DNA from: Fastidiosibacter lacustris
Lineage (GTDB): Bacteria; Pseudomonadota; Gammaproteobacteria; Francisellales; Francisellaceae
Assembly (NCBI RefSeq): GCF_003428155.1
Contig: NZ_QLIR01000002.1
Span: 1 to 32,000, forward strand
Length of the DNA: 32,000 nt
Direction of reading: 5' to 3'
Shown: positions 1-8,808 of the stretch, in pieces
Layout of the letters: each line of letters begins with the position of its first letter
How positions within the stretch are numbered: the first letter of the stretch is position 1
Notes under the pieces: generated by a model
Database searches by the model: none
What the model was told of the DNA's origin: nothing
Seen by the model: only the letters and a program-made list of their open reading frames with translations
Made by a program: the position numbers and the translations under genes

Positions 1-938
1 TTCACCCTAAGCTTGGTGGATATTTACAGCCTGATGCTTTAGATATTTTAGCAGGTGGAAATGTACACCCTTATGCCTATGCGAGCAATAACCCAGTTAA
101 TGTGATTGATCCAACTGGACTGTATGATTTAATAGCAGATGGGATTAAAGGATGTGCTAAATATTCCAACTTAGATAAATGGGTTAATTGTTTTTACTCA
201 TATGTCTGCCTATTCGCTATATGGGGATGCGCTAAGGATCTTACACCATTTGTTTTCAAAGCGTTTCATAATAGTCGACCGTTACATAGCCTTCAACTAC
301 AAACAGGGCTAGATTTATCGGATTATATTAAACGTTTAGCCACCCATTTTGCCAATGGTTTTATGGATGATACGACATTTGGCTTAACAGGGTTTGGATA
401 TGAAAACGGGCGGACAAATGCGGCTGCTTACTATACGGGTACCGCGGCATCTTTAGGATTAGGATTGTTATATGGTGGTACCTATGTAAAAGGCGGAATG
501 CTACTGGCAAAAGTCGTGGCACCCAAGCTTATTGCGGAGAGTGTTAAGGCAAGTGTTGCAACTGGGAAAATAACTCAAGCTAGCCATGAAGCAGGTAAAA
601 TACGTGAGTTTGTGACTACTGTTGCAGAGGGTGCAGTTGCAAAGGGCACACCAGACATTACGAAAGCCTATAAACGTCCGCCTGGTGCAACTACTGTCGA
701 GCAACGGGCATCCATCCAAGGAAAACCTTGCGTTGATTGCGGAGCTGTCACTCCCAAGCAGGTCGCCGATCACAAAAATCCATTGGTTAAGGAGTATTAC
801 GAAACCGGAACTATAGATACGACGTGGATGCGCAGTGTTGATGCTGTGCAACCACAGTGCCCAACATGCTCGGCGAGGCAAGGCGCGGATATGAGCCGCT
901 ATTCTCAACAGATGAAGAAGGAGTTGGGTCTTGACTGA
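1..938 (+). CDS. C-terminus of an Rhs/YD-repeat polymorphic toxin protein (5' end outside window) with HNH/treble-clef-like nuclease tip
   Basis: Open reading frame continues upstream of the annotated ATG at 102 to the window edge: [40 protein letters not shown], the typical Rhs core end. The variable tip ends with [27 protein letters not shown]...[22 protein letters not shown] (CxxC...DH...CxxC), HNH-like. Confidence 0.9.
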   Translation, partial: HPKLGGYLQPDALDILAGGNVHPYAYASNNPVNVIDPTGLYDLIADGIKGCAKYSNLDKWVNCFYSYVCLFAIWGCAKDLTPFVFKAFHNSRPLHSLQLQTGLDLSDYIKRLATHFANGFMDDTTFGLTGFGYENGRTNAAAYYTGTAASLGLGLLYGGTYVKGGMLLAKVVAPKLIAESVKASVATGKITQASHEAGKIREFVTTVAEGAVAKGTPDITKAYKRPPGATTVEQRASIQGKPCVDCGAVTPKQVADHKNPLVKEYYETGTIDTTWMRSVDAVQPQCPTCSARQGADMSRYSQQMKKELGLD

Positions 939-1281
939 TGCAATCGAAAGCTCGCAGAAAGAGGTTTGCGAAAAGTTCGGTACCACCTATTACCCTTCGC
1001 CATTGGATATGAAGGTGGGGATTGCTCTCAATGTCCTGGAAGGGGTAACGCCAATAAATGGGTTGCGCCATCCGCCCGAGGGCGATACCACAGGCTGGTA
1101 TATCTGGGCAGGAGAAGAACTATCTGCTGATCCCGATTTCTTTAAACCGCTACATGTGGAGCATTTGTCGGATTGGTGCCCACAGGCGCAGAAATATCTA
1201 GGTCTGCCGCCTGGGTGGCGATTTTTGATCGCAGGCGATTATGAAGATGTCTGGTATGACGAGACATTGCTGGAAGTTTGA
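931..1281 (+). CDS. Putative cognate immunity protein (Imm33/DUF2185-like)
   Basis: Starts with TTG overlapping the Rhs stop codon by 8 nt; small soluble protein (…[25 protein letters not shown]…[16 protein letters not shown]) directly after an Rhs toxin tip. Family assignment is from memory of motif style. Confidence 0.65.
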   Translation: MTDAIESSQKEVCEKFGTTYYPSPLDMKVGIALNVLEGVTPINGLRHPPEGDTTGWYIWAGEELSADPDFFKPLHVEHLSDWCPQAQKYLGLPPGWRFLIAGDYEDVWYDETLLEV

Positions 1282-1284
1282 ACA

Positions 1285-1809
1285 ATGGCCGCAATGATGC
1301 GAACGATTTTGTTCCTTGTGTTGGCCATTGTTGCTGGTCAGCTTTGGCTGCCGACAACTGCAGAAGCTGCATACCGGTATGCCAACGAAGACTGCGTTTC
1401 TGAATGTAGTGGCACCGACAGTCTCGTTCGATATTTGTGGCATGGCTATGCCAACCAGCAGGCAACGGTTCAAGCTACCACGGCAGGGAGCCAGTTTTTT
1501 GTTGACTTTATTGACGGTTTCTTTGTTCCAAAGAAGGCAGCGCCAAATGCAGAACAGGCGGCGAATCTCAAGCGTTTCCAGAAAAAAATACCATCTAACT
1601 CAAAAGACAGCGTTGAACTTCGCGAACTGCCCAATGGTGGTGTAGCGGCTCAGGCTACTTCGCCTGGAAAAGTCCCAGGCTCAAAAGCTGTTTACGAAAA
1701 GCAAATAGATGTCAACGGTCAAACGATTCAGGTTACCAAAACCACATATGACCCACAAGGAAATATTGTTCACGTTAAGGACAAGCTTAACGGCAGGACA
1801 TATCCGTAG
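1285..1809 (+). CDS. Putative secreted or orphan polymorphic-toxin C-terminal module with N-terminal signal peptide
   Basis: MRTILFLVLAIVAGQLWLPTTAEAA looks like a Sec signal peptide; the C-terminus VPGSKAVYEKQIDVNGQTIQVTKTTYDPQGNIVHVKDKLNG resembles polymorphic toxin tips; located between two small immunity-like ORFs. Confidence 0.5.
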   Translation: MAAMMRTILFLVLAIVAGQLWLPTTAEAAYRYANEDCVSECSGTDSLVRYLWHGYANQQATVQATTAGSQFFVDFIDGFFVPKKAAPNAEQAANLKRFQKKIPSNSKDSVELRELPNGGVAAQATSPGKVPGSKAVYEKQIDVNGQTIQVTKTTYDPQGNIVHVKDKLNGRTYP

Positions 1810-1820
1810 GAGGTTGTGGC

Positions 1821-2171
1821 ATGGATCGATTCGATGTACTAAAAGATTTAATTACACTCAATAAGCCTGTAAGTATTCTAGCTGAAAGCTTGTCAAAGTT
1901 TGATTGGGACTATGAGGGTCAACCTCTGATTGTTATGGTCTCCCAAATTCGGGAGGTATTGAAGCGTTTCCTTGCTGGGGATTACTCGGCTCAAGAACTC
2001 GAAGACTGGGCAAATTTAATTGAATGTCGTCAAGACTTGGAGTTTGAAGAGAAGAAGCATAATGAAATTGCAAATGTAATTTATTGCCTTGCAAATCCAG
2101 TATTGGAGGGAGAGATTACCGCTGATTCTTGTAAAGTCCTTATAGCTACTCTGGATTGCGCAGATGATTAA
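1821..2171 (+). CDS. Small acidic protein, putative immunity protein for the 1285-1809 product
   Basis: 116 aa, acidic, soluble, begins 11 nt after the preceding ORF; position typical of an immunity gene. Confidence 0.45.
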   Translation: MDRFDVLKDLITLNKPVSILAESLSKFDWDYEGQPLIVMVSQIREVLKRFLAGDYSAQELEDWANLIECRQDLEFEEKKHNEIANVIYCLANPVLEGEITADSCKVLIATLDCADD

Positions 2172-2357
2172 AGCCATTTTCAGGGCTTTGTTTTTTAAGT
2201 CGGTAGTGTTTTCTTTTGTCATAAATAAATATATGTAAGATATTCAATCAAAAATGGCAAAAGAAAACACTACCGTTCTAAGTGTATAATAGAGTGTATA
2301 TTAAAAGTAAATATAAATCACATATTGCCTTTAATAAAGAAATTTTGTCGATATAAG

Positions 2358-2379
2358 TCGAATCCTGCACGACCCACCA
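2358..2379 (+). other. tRNA-Lys 3'-end fragment, candidate attachment-site scar
   Basis: tcgaatcctgcacgacccacca is identical to the T-arm/acceptor/CCA end of tRNA-Lys (as in E. coli ...GGTTCGAATCCTGCACGACCCACCA); no tRNA 5' part is present upstream. Confidence 0.75.
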
Positions 2380-2407
2380 TGATTTAATTTTTTTATTTTT
2401 AACCTTT

Positions 2408-2677
2408 TCATGGGTTTCTTTTTTTATAAAGATAGTGTATGTCAGAGGCAAACAAAATGGCTAAAAATAACGTGATAGTTAATATAAGCTGTTCCAGTGG
2501 ATTGCCTGGTAAATATCCCATTATAATGACAAAGAGCATAGCAGAGCCCATGTTTATAAAACTCATCATAGAAGATGCCGAGGCTTTATCTTCAATTGCA
2601 GCAGATGCATAAAGAGTTGCTGCCGGAAATAATAGTCCACAAAAAAAGTACAATAAAGCAAAGGTAGTAAAAAACAT
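2408..2677 (-). pseudogene. C-terminal remnant of a drug-efflux-type MFS transporter
   Basis: 89 aa with the final TM helices and GLLFPAATLYASAAIEDKASASSMMSFINMGSAML, typical of the MFS C-terminal half. An in-frame stop lies just upstream (complement of 2699-2701), so the N-terminal three quarters is missing. Confidence 0.65.
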
Positions 2678-2780
2678 TGTGTATAGAGAAAAAAATAATT
2701 ATGGCTATCACATTAATGGGCAATCCGTTATAATTTGCGGTCGTATTTTAAACGAATCATCATACTATAAGGTTTTATCG

Positions 2781-3212
2781 ATGTCTTTAAAAATAAAAGA
2801 GCGCAGACGTGCGCGTTTTCATGCTATTCAAGCTCTTTATCAACAATCGCTTGCTGATACTTTAATTAACGAGTTGAAGCTACAGTTTTATACAGACAAT
2901 GTCGATCGTCATGCTGTGGAGTGGGATTTTTTCTACCGTTTGCTAGATGGCGTGGATAAAAATAAACAAGTAATTGATAGTAAGATCAATGAGTATGCTG
3001 TAAACAATTTATCATCTATTAACCCAATTGATTTAGCGGTGTTACGTTTGGGAGTATATGAGCTTTTAGATTGCTTAGATGTACCATATCAAGTGGTATT
3101 AAACGAATATGTTGATCAAGCAAAAGAATTAGGAACAGAAGAAGGACATCGCTTTGTCAATGGATTGTTAGATAAACTTGCCAGAAAGCTAAGGAAAGAG
3201 GCTGTCAAGTAA
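2781..3212 (+). CDS. nusB: Transcription antitermination factor NusB
   Basis: MSLKIKERRRARFHAIQALYQQ...INPIDLAVLRLGVYELL...VPYQVVLNEYVDQAKELGTEEGHRFVNGLLDKLA is canonical NusB; start placed at ATG 2781, not 2679. Confidence 0.95.
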   Translation: MSLKIKERRRARFHAIQALYQQSLADTLINELKLQFYTDNVDRHAVEWDFFYRLLDGVDKNKQVIDSKINEYAVNNLSSINPIDLAVLRLGVYELLDCLDVPYQVVLNEYVDQAKELGTEEGHRFVNGLLDKLARKLRKEAVK

Positions 3213-3320
3213 CTAAAAATTATAAAATGCATAAAGAATTAAGTTGCTGTTAAGCTTGCAATCCCGTCATAAGTAATTAGAATCCCAGCAGTAAAGCTTA
3301 AGCAAGAATTTGGAGTAAAC

Positions 3321-4916
3321 ATGCTGATGGATATCTCACAGGTGTTTGTTGACTTATCACGTAGTCAATTTGCTTTTACAGCAATCTTTCACTTTGTATT
3401 TGTACCATTGACGTTAGGTTTATCATGGATTTTGTTTATTATGGAAGCTGCTTATGTCAAAACTGGAAGACCTGTCTATCGTGATATGGTTAAGTTTTGG
3501 GGTAAGCTTTTTGCCATCAATTTTGCGATGGGTGTGGTGACAGGCATCACCATGGAGTTTGAGTTTGGTTTAAACTGGGCATATTTTTCGCGCTTTATCG
3601 GTGAGAGCTTTGGTACGGTTTTAGCAATTGAAGGTTTAACGGCCTTTATGACTGAAGCAACCTTATTTGGCTTATTCTTTTTTACTTGGGATAAAGTGAG
3701 TAATAAGACACATTTGCTTATTACCTTTTTCTTAGCTTTGGGAACCAACTTATCTATTGTCAATATTTTGGTTGCAAATAGCTGGATGCAACACCCAGTG
3801 GCAACTTTTTTAAATCCAACAACCATGCAAATGCAACTAACAAGCTTTGGTGAGTTATATATGCAAGAGTTGGCACAAATTCGAATTGGACATGTTGCCT
3901 TTGCAGGATATTTGATTTCAGCTGCCTTTGTTGTGGGTATCAGTGCGTGGTATTTATTGCGTAAAAGAAACACTGGTTTTGCAATGCGCTCACTTGCAGT
4001 TGGATTGGGCTTTGGCTTATGTTCATCTGTTTTTATTTTCTTTTTGGGTGATGCTAATGGTTTAGCTGTGGATAAGTATGAGCCAGCTAAAATGGCAGCG
4101 ATTGAGGGGCAATGGGAAACTCAAAAAGCGCCTGCCGCGTGGTCAGTGATTGCCTTTCCTTCACAAGAGAATGAGATTAATTATTTTGATATCAAAATAC
4201 CGTGGATGCTGAGTCTGATTACAGGCCATAATTTAAAAGCCACAGTGGATGGTTTAAAACCTATTATGCAGCAAAATGAAAAACGTATTTATGATGGTTT
4301 AGTGGCATTGAAAGCATTAGAGAGGGTTAGAAATGGTAATGCAACTGCGAAAGATTTTGAAGTATTTGATCCTAAAAACGAGGTAACCAAAAAATATCGT
4401 GATAATATTGGCTACGCCTTTATTTTGCAAGCACATGCAAAAGATCCATACAATTCAAGCTCAGCAGAATTAAATAAAGCAGTAAAAGACACTATTCCTC
4501 AAGTGTGGCCTGTTTTTTATGCTTTCCGGATTATGCTTGCTTGCTGGTGTGTGGTCTTCTTTGTGATGACTTTTGGAGCAGTACACGTACTAAGGCGCTC
4601 TTTGTTGCGTTACCGATGGTTTTTGTGGCTATCATTATTCTCTATTCCATTGCCTTATATTGCTTCAGAAGCTGGTTGGATTGTCGCGGAAATGGGGCGT
4701 CAACCCTGGGTAATAAATGGTATATTACCAACGAGTTTGGGTGTTTCTACGTTAGTGTCGTGGAACATTGTCGTGAGTCTTGCTTTTTTTGCCTTGCTAT
4801 ACTTTGGGTTATTTATCATTGAGTTAATTATTATGTTTAAGGTTGCAAGAAAAGGACCTAAATCTTTGGGAAACGGTCGCTATGATAGTACAAAGGGGGT
4901 ATCTGATGTTGTTTGA
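3321..4916 (+). CDS. cydA: Cytochrome bd-type ubiquinol oxidase subunit I
   Basis: SRSQFAFTAIFHFVFVPLTLGLS, FAMGVVTGITMEFEFG, LAIEGLTAFMTEATLFGLF, GRQPWVI motifs. Confidence 0.96.
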   Translation: MLMDISQVFVDLSRSQFAFTAIFHFVFVPLTLGLSWILFIMEAAYVKTGRPVYRDMVKFWGKLFAINFAMGVVTGITMEFEFGLNWAYFSRFIGESFGTVLAIEGLTAFMTEATLFGLFFFTWDKVSNKTHLLITFFLALGTNLSIVNILVANSWMQHPVATFLNPTTMQMQLTSFGELYMQELAQIRIGHVAFAGYLISAAFVVGISAWYLLRKRNTGFAMRSLAVGLGFGLCSSVFIFFLGDANGLAVDKYEPAKMAAIEGQWETQKAPAAWSVIAFPSQENEINYFDIKIPWMLSLITGHNLKATVDGLKPIMQQNEKRIYDGLVALKALERVRNGNATAKDFEVFDPKNEVTKKYRDNIGYAFILQAHAKDPYNSSSAELNKAVKDTIPQVWPVFYAFRIMLACWCVVFFVMTFGAVHVLRRSLLRYRWFLWLSLFSIPLPYIASEAGWIVAEMGRQPWVINGILPTSLGVSTLVSWNIVVSLAFFALLYFGLFIIELIIMFKVARKGPKSLGNGRYDSTKGVSDVV

Positions 4917-6081
4917 TTATACTACTTTGCAACTGATTTGGTGGGCGATTATCGTCTTTATTTTGATTTTATATGCAACGACAGCGGGTTGTGATTTTGG
5001 TGTCACCATTATGATGCCTTTTATGACTAGGCATAAAAATTTTAAAGATAATGATATTGAGCGTAGATTGGCACTTAACACGATTGCTCCTACATGGGAT
5101 GGTAATCAAACGTGGATTATTATTGCAGGAGGAGCGCTTTTTGGAATTTGGCCTGCTGTTTATGGTACGGTTTTTTCAGGGCTATACCCAGCTTTACTGC
5201 TTGTGCTATTTACTTTATTTTTGCGCCCGCCAGGATTTGATTACCGTAGTAAATTAGAGGGTGATGGTTGGCGTAAATTTTGGGATTGGGGATTGTTCAT
5301 TAGTAGTTTCATTCCTTTGATTATTTTTGGATTGGTGTTGGGTTCGCTTTTTTATGGCTTGCCGTTTTATCATGATGATTTTATGATGCGTTCAGTCTAT
5401 ATCGGCAACGCCTTTGCTAGTGTATTGTCGCCCTTTGCTGTATTAGTTGCATTGTTAGTCCTAAGCATGTCGCTGACACATGGTTGTTTGCATCTGAATC
5501 GCCGTCTGGATGGTGAGTTGGGGTGTTATTTTCGTCGACTTGCAAATATCTTTATCTTATCTAGTTTGATATTGATGACACTTGGTTTTTTCATGTTGCT
5601 ATGGGTGCTACCTGGCATGATTGTTATTCAGATGCCACAAACACTTACCTATAATACCCAAGTCAGTCTTATAACAGGTGGTTGGATGAATAATTACACA
5701 TTACACACATGGATGTGGCTTGTTCCTGTTATTTGTTATGTGATGTTGATACTGGCATGGTTATTGAAAGGTAAAAATGCTGCATTGGCGTATTGGTGTT
5801 CAGCATTGTCTATTGCTGCGGTGATGTATGCAGGTGCATTTGCACTTTTCCCTTTTGTTGTGCCGTCTAGTTGGGTTGGAAATGCTGGATTGGGTAGTCA
5901 AAGCCTAACGATTTGGAATGTTTCATCATCACCATATAGTTTGATGGGTATGTTCTATATTACTGTGGTAAGTATGATTTTGATCATTAGCTATAAATTT
6001 TGGGGCTTTCGTGTGGCATGGCGTAATAAAGCTAAGTTAGATAAAGATACTCTTAAGAATAATGAGCATACATTCTATTAA
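4906..6081 (+). CDS. cydB: Cytochrome bd-type ubiquinol oxidase subunit II
   Basis: [39 protein letters not shown]...[27 protein letters not shown]-like sequence; overlaps the cydA stop by 11 nt; start placed at 4906. Confidence 0.95.
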   Translation: [391 protein letters not shown]

Positions 6082-6101
6082 TTAATTTAGAGGAAAATAA
6101 A

Positions 6102-6284
6102 ATGTGGTATATCATAATTATTATTATGCTGGCAATTTCTATGTATGTTGGTTATCGTTTTACTTTATATGTAGATGAAAAGATAATTCGTAATAAATAT
6201 TTAGAAATCAGTGACGATCCCGATCACCCCGCTAATGCAGGCGATCGCTTGTTTGATGAAAAGCATAACAAAGAAGGTCGATGA
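6102..6284 (+). CDS. Small single-TM protein, putative cytochrome bd accessory subunit (CydX-like)
   Basis: Begins MWY, one TM helix followed by an acidic/basic turn; 20 nt after cydB with SD-like gagg; 60 aa, longer than classical CydX. Confidence 0.6.
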   Translation: MWYIIIIIMLAISMYVGYRFTLYVDEKIIRNKYLEISDDPDHPANAGDRLFDEKHNKEGR

Positions 6285-6305
6285 ACACCTGATTTTTAGA
6301 ATAGA

Positions 6306-6719
6306 TTATGCTTTGATAATCCCTTGAGTTTTTTCTTGGTGTTCTTGAATTTCTTTTGCTTGTACTGACAAAGTAGCAGTGGGTCTTGCTAATAATCTCT
6401 GTAAACCTATGGGTTCACCTGTTAGCTCACAATAGCCATAATCACCGTTTTCTATGTGACGAAGTGATTCATTAACTTTACGTAGGAGTTTACTTTGGCG
6501 GTCTACTGTGCGTAAGTAAAGCTGCTGTATTTCTTGAGACGTTGCAACGTCATTTAAATCGGTATTGCGTTCAGACTCCGCCAGGCTTTTTTTAGCATCG
6601 TCTATTGCTGCAGTTAACTCTTGTTTTTGCTGAAGTAATAATTCCTTAAAAAAAGCTAGCTGTTCTTCGTTCATATACGCATCTTCAGGCATGTTTAGTA
6701 GTTCTTTTTCTGTCATCAT
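6306..6719 (-). CDS. dksA: DksA/TraR family RNA polymerase-binding factor, zinc-finger-poor type
   Basis: HIENGDYGYCELTGEPIGLQRLLARPTATLSVQAKEIQEHQEK matches the DksA C-terminal region with only one of the four zinc-ligand cysteines. Confidence 0.9.
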   Translation of the reverse strand: MMTEKELLNMPEDAYMNEEQLAFFKELLLQQKQELTAAIDDAKKSLAESERNTDLNDVATSQEIQQLYLRTVDRQSKLLRKVNESLRHIENGDYGYCELTGEPIGLQRLLARPTATLSVQAKEIQEHQEKTQGIIKA

Positions 6720-6875
6720 CGTTAGCCTCCATTAACGAGTTAATTATTTTGTTAGGGCGTTTTTATATCATAAAAGAAAGCTATTAACTAATAAATTTGC
6801 TGCATATCATAAAAAAAGTAAAAGTTTATCATTTGGTCAATGTAAAATATCTATAATTTATGGTACAATTTTACG

Positions 6876-6957
6876 CAGGAAATGGCGTACTTCCTAAGCT
6901 ATTTTGAGAAAAAAGCTTAAACTATCCTTTAAGATTGATGACGCCTAATTTATTAGG
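6876..6957 (+). promoter_or_regulatory. Fluoride riboswitch (crcB motif) with candidate expression platform
   Basis: AGGAAATGGCGTACTTCCT ... TTGATGACGCC: matches the pattern GG(n)GATGG...CC...(T)GATG(n)xGCCT, with GGCGU/ACGCC pseudoknot potential; directly upstream of crcB. Confidence 0.85.
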
Positions 6958-6984
6958 TAAGAATTAAACTTAAAAGGAGAAAAT

Positions 6985-7380
6985 ATGTTAACTTTATTAT
7001 TTGTTGGTATCGGTGGTGGCTTAGGCTCAGTATGTCGTTTTGGTGTATCAGAACTAGGGGCTAAGCTTTTGGGAAAGTCTTTTCCTTTTGGCATTTTTAT
7101 CGTTAATGTGGTTGGTTGTTTTGCTATTGGAATAGTTGCTGCATTTTTATTAGAAGAGCGCTTTTGGGTAAACGTTTCAACACATCATGCGCGTGCACTT
7201 CTTATTACCGGATTTATAGGCGGGTTTACCACTTTTTCTAGTTTTAGTTTAGATGCACTGATGTTGTTTCAAAAAGGTGAATGGACAAAGGCGATGACTT
7301 ATATTGTATTGAGCGTTATTATCTCAATGGTTGCGGTTACTATTGGTTTTTATTTAGTTAAACGTTGTTTGACTGTCTGA
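6985..7380 (+). CDS. crcB: Fluoride ion exporter CrcB/Fluc
   Basis: GGGLGSVCRFGVSEL, FPFGIFIVNVVGCFAIG, TGFIGGFTTFSSFSLDAL are canonical CrcB motifs. Confidence 0.96.
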   Translation: MLTLLFVGIGGGLGSVCRFGVSELGAKLLGKSFPFGIFIVNVVGCFAIGIVAAFLLEERFWVNVSTHHARALLITGFIGGFTTFSSFSLDALMLFQKGEWTKAMTYIVLSVIISMVAVTIGFYLVKRCLTV

Positions 7381-7393
7381 TTTCTATAAATTC

Positions 7394-7642
7394 TTATGTC
7401 TCTAACTCTATAAAATGATGAGCATTTGCAATGCAAATTAATATTTCATTTTCTTTAGTAAAGGCCAAAGGCATTTTTAGATAGTGAATATGACCTTTTA
7501 TTAATTTGCAGCGACATGTCCCACAGATGCCATTGCGACATTGAAAGTTGGGTGAAATTTGATTTTGTTCAAGTATTTCTAAAATACTTTTATCCTTGCT
7601 TGTTGTTTCAATGACATGCTTATTATATTTAATCACAGTCAT
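7394..7642 (-). CDS. 2Fe-2S ferredoxin-like protein associated with class Ia RNR (YfaE-like)
   Basis: CRNGICGTCRCKL ... ILICIA gives CxxxxCxxC...C; in operon with nrdB. Confidence 0.85.
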   Translation of the reverse strand: MTVIKYNKHVIETTSKDKSILEILEQNQISPNFQCRNGICGTCRCKLIKGHIHYLKMPLAFTKENEILICIANAHHFIELET

Positions 7643-7645
7643 CGT

Positions 7646-8803
7646 TTATAACTCAAAATCACTAAAAGCATTTTCAGCGACATTGCTGTCGATTTGACCA
7701 ACTAGATATGAACTAATTTCAGTTTCTTGAGGTGCTACTTGGACATTATCAGAGTTAAGATAGGTATTAATCCAAGGAATAGGGTTGCTTTTGGGTGTTT
7801 GGATGTCACTTGTGTTTAAGCCTACGGCTTGCATACGCTCTTTAGCTAAATAGTCTATATACTGGCAAAGAATTTGTTCATTTAAACCTAAAATTGAGCC
7901 TTTAGAGAATAGGTATTTTGCCCATGCTTTTTCTTGTTCGACAGCTTTTTTAAAAATGTTTTGTGCTTCTAGTTGTGAATTATGGGCAATTTGAGTGAAC
8001 TCAGGATCACCGTCTTTGCCTTCTAGAATAATATTAATCATATGCTGAGTGCTTGTTAAATGAAGTGCTTCATCGCGTGCAATAAGCTTCATAATCTTAC
8101 CGCAGCCTTCTAATTTCTTTTGTTCTGAAAATGCAAAGGTACAAGCAAAACTAACATAAAAGCGAATAGCCTCAAGGGCATTAACTGCATGGAGGGCTAA
8201 ATACAGTGCCTTTTTGACTGAGCGGGAAGTAACCTCTATGATGTTTCCTTCTACTTCATAAGTACCTTCCCCTCTAGATTGCAATAATTGTGTTTTAAGG
8301 ATTAGATCATCATAATAACAAGTAATGTCTCCTGCACGTTCTCTGATTTCCTTAGTTCCAATAATTTCATTAAATATTGGACTTGGATTATCTAAAAGTG
8401 AACGTACTATATGAGTATAGGATCGGCTATGTATAGTTTCCGAAAAACTCCATGTTTCCACCCAGGTTTCAAGTTCAGGTAAGGATACTAACGGTAAAAA
8501 GGCAAGGTTTGGACTTCTGCCTTGTACGGAATCCAATAGGGTTTGATACTGTAAATTAGATAGAAAAATATGACATTCATTGTCATTGAATTTTTGGAAA
8601 TCGATTCGATCACGGCTTAAATCAATTTCTTCTGGACGCCAAAAGAAAGACAACTGCTTTTCGATGAGGCGTTCAAAAATAGGGTGTTTCTGTTGATCAA
8701 AACGAGATACATTGACCGCTTTGCCGAAAAAGATCGGTTCATTTAATGGGTTATTAGATTGTGTTTGAAATGTAGAGTATATATATGGATTAATCATTGT
8801 CAA
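7646..8803 (-). CDS. nrdB: Ribonucleoside-diphosphate reductase class Ia, beta subunit
   Basis: [46 protein letters not shown] motifs. Confidence 0.95.
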   Translation of the reverse strand: MTMINPYIYSTFQTQSNNPLNEPIFFGKAVNVSRFDQQKHPIFERLIEKQLSFFWRPEEIDLSRDRIDFQKFNDNECHIFLSNLQYQTLLDSVQGRSPNLAFLPLVSLPELETWVETWSFSETIHSRSYTHIVRSLLDNPSPIFNEIIGTKEIRERAGDITCYYDDLILKTQLLQSRGEGTYEVEGNIIEVTSRSVKKALYLALHAVNALEAIRFYVSFACTFAFSEQKKLEGCGKIMKLIARDEALHLTSTQHMINIILEGKDGDPEFTQIAHNSQLEAQNIFKKAVEQEKAWAKYLFSKGSILGLNEQILCQYIDYLAKERMQAVGLNTSDIQTPKSNPIPWINTYLNSDNVQVAPQETEISSYLVGQIDSNVAENAFSDFEL

Positions 8804-8808
8804 TTACC

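Noticed and set aside
501-986. 161-aa minus-strand ORF opposite the Rhs tip
   Set aside because: Antisense to the Rhs C-terminus, Cys/Leu/Ser-rich low-information translation, no motif.
1142-1473. Overlapping ORFs 1142..1465 (-) and 1198..1473 (-)
   Set aside because: Antisense to putative immunity and toxin ORFs; alternative frames are long only because of the higher GC content.
3225-3310. Repeated elements aagcttgcaatccc / tagaatccc and aagcttaagcaag upstream of cydA
   Set aside because: Looked for an operator or riboswitch; repeats are short and imperfect, insufficient to call.
3476-3973. 165-aa minus-strand ORF
   Set aside because: Fully antisense to the strongly supported cydA gene; no recognisable domain.
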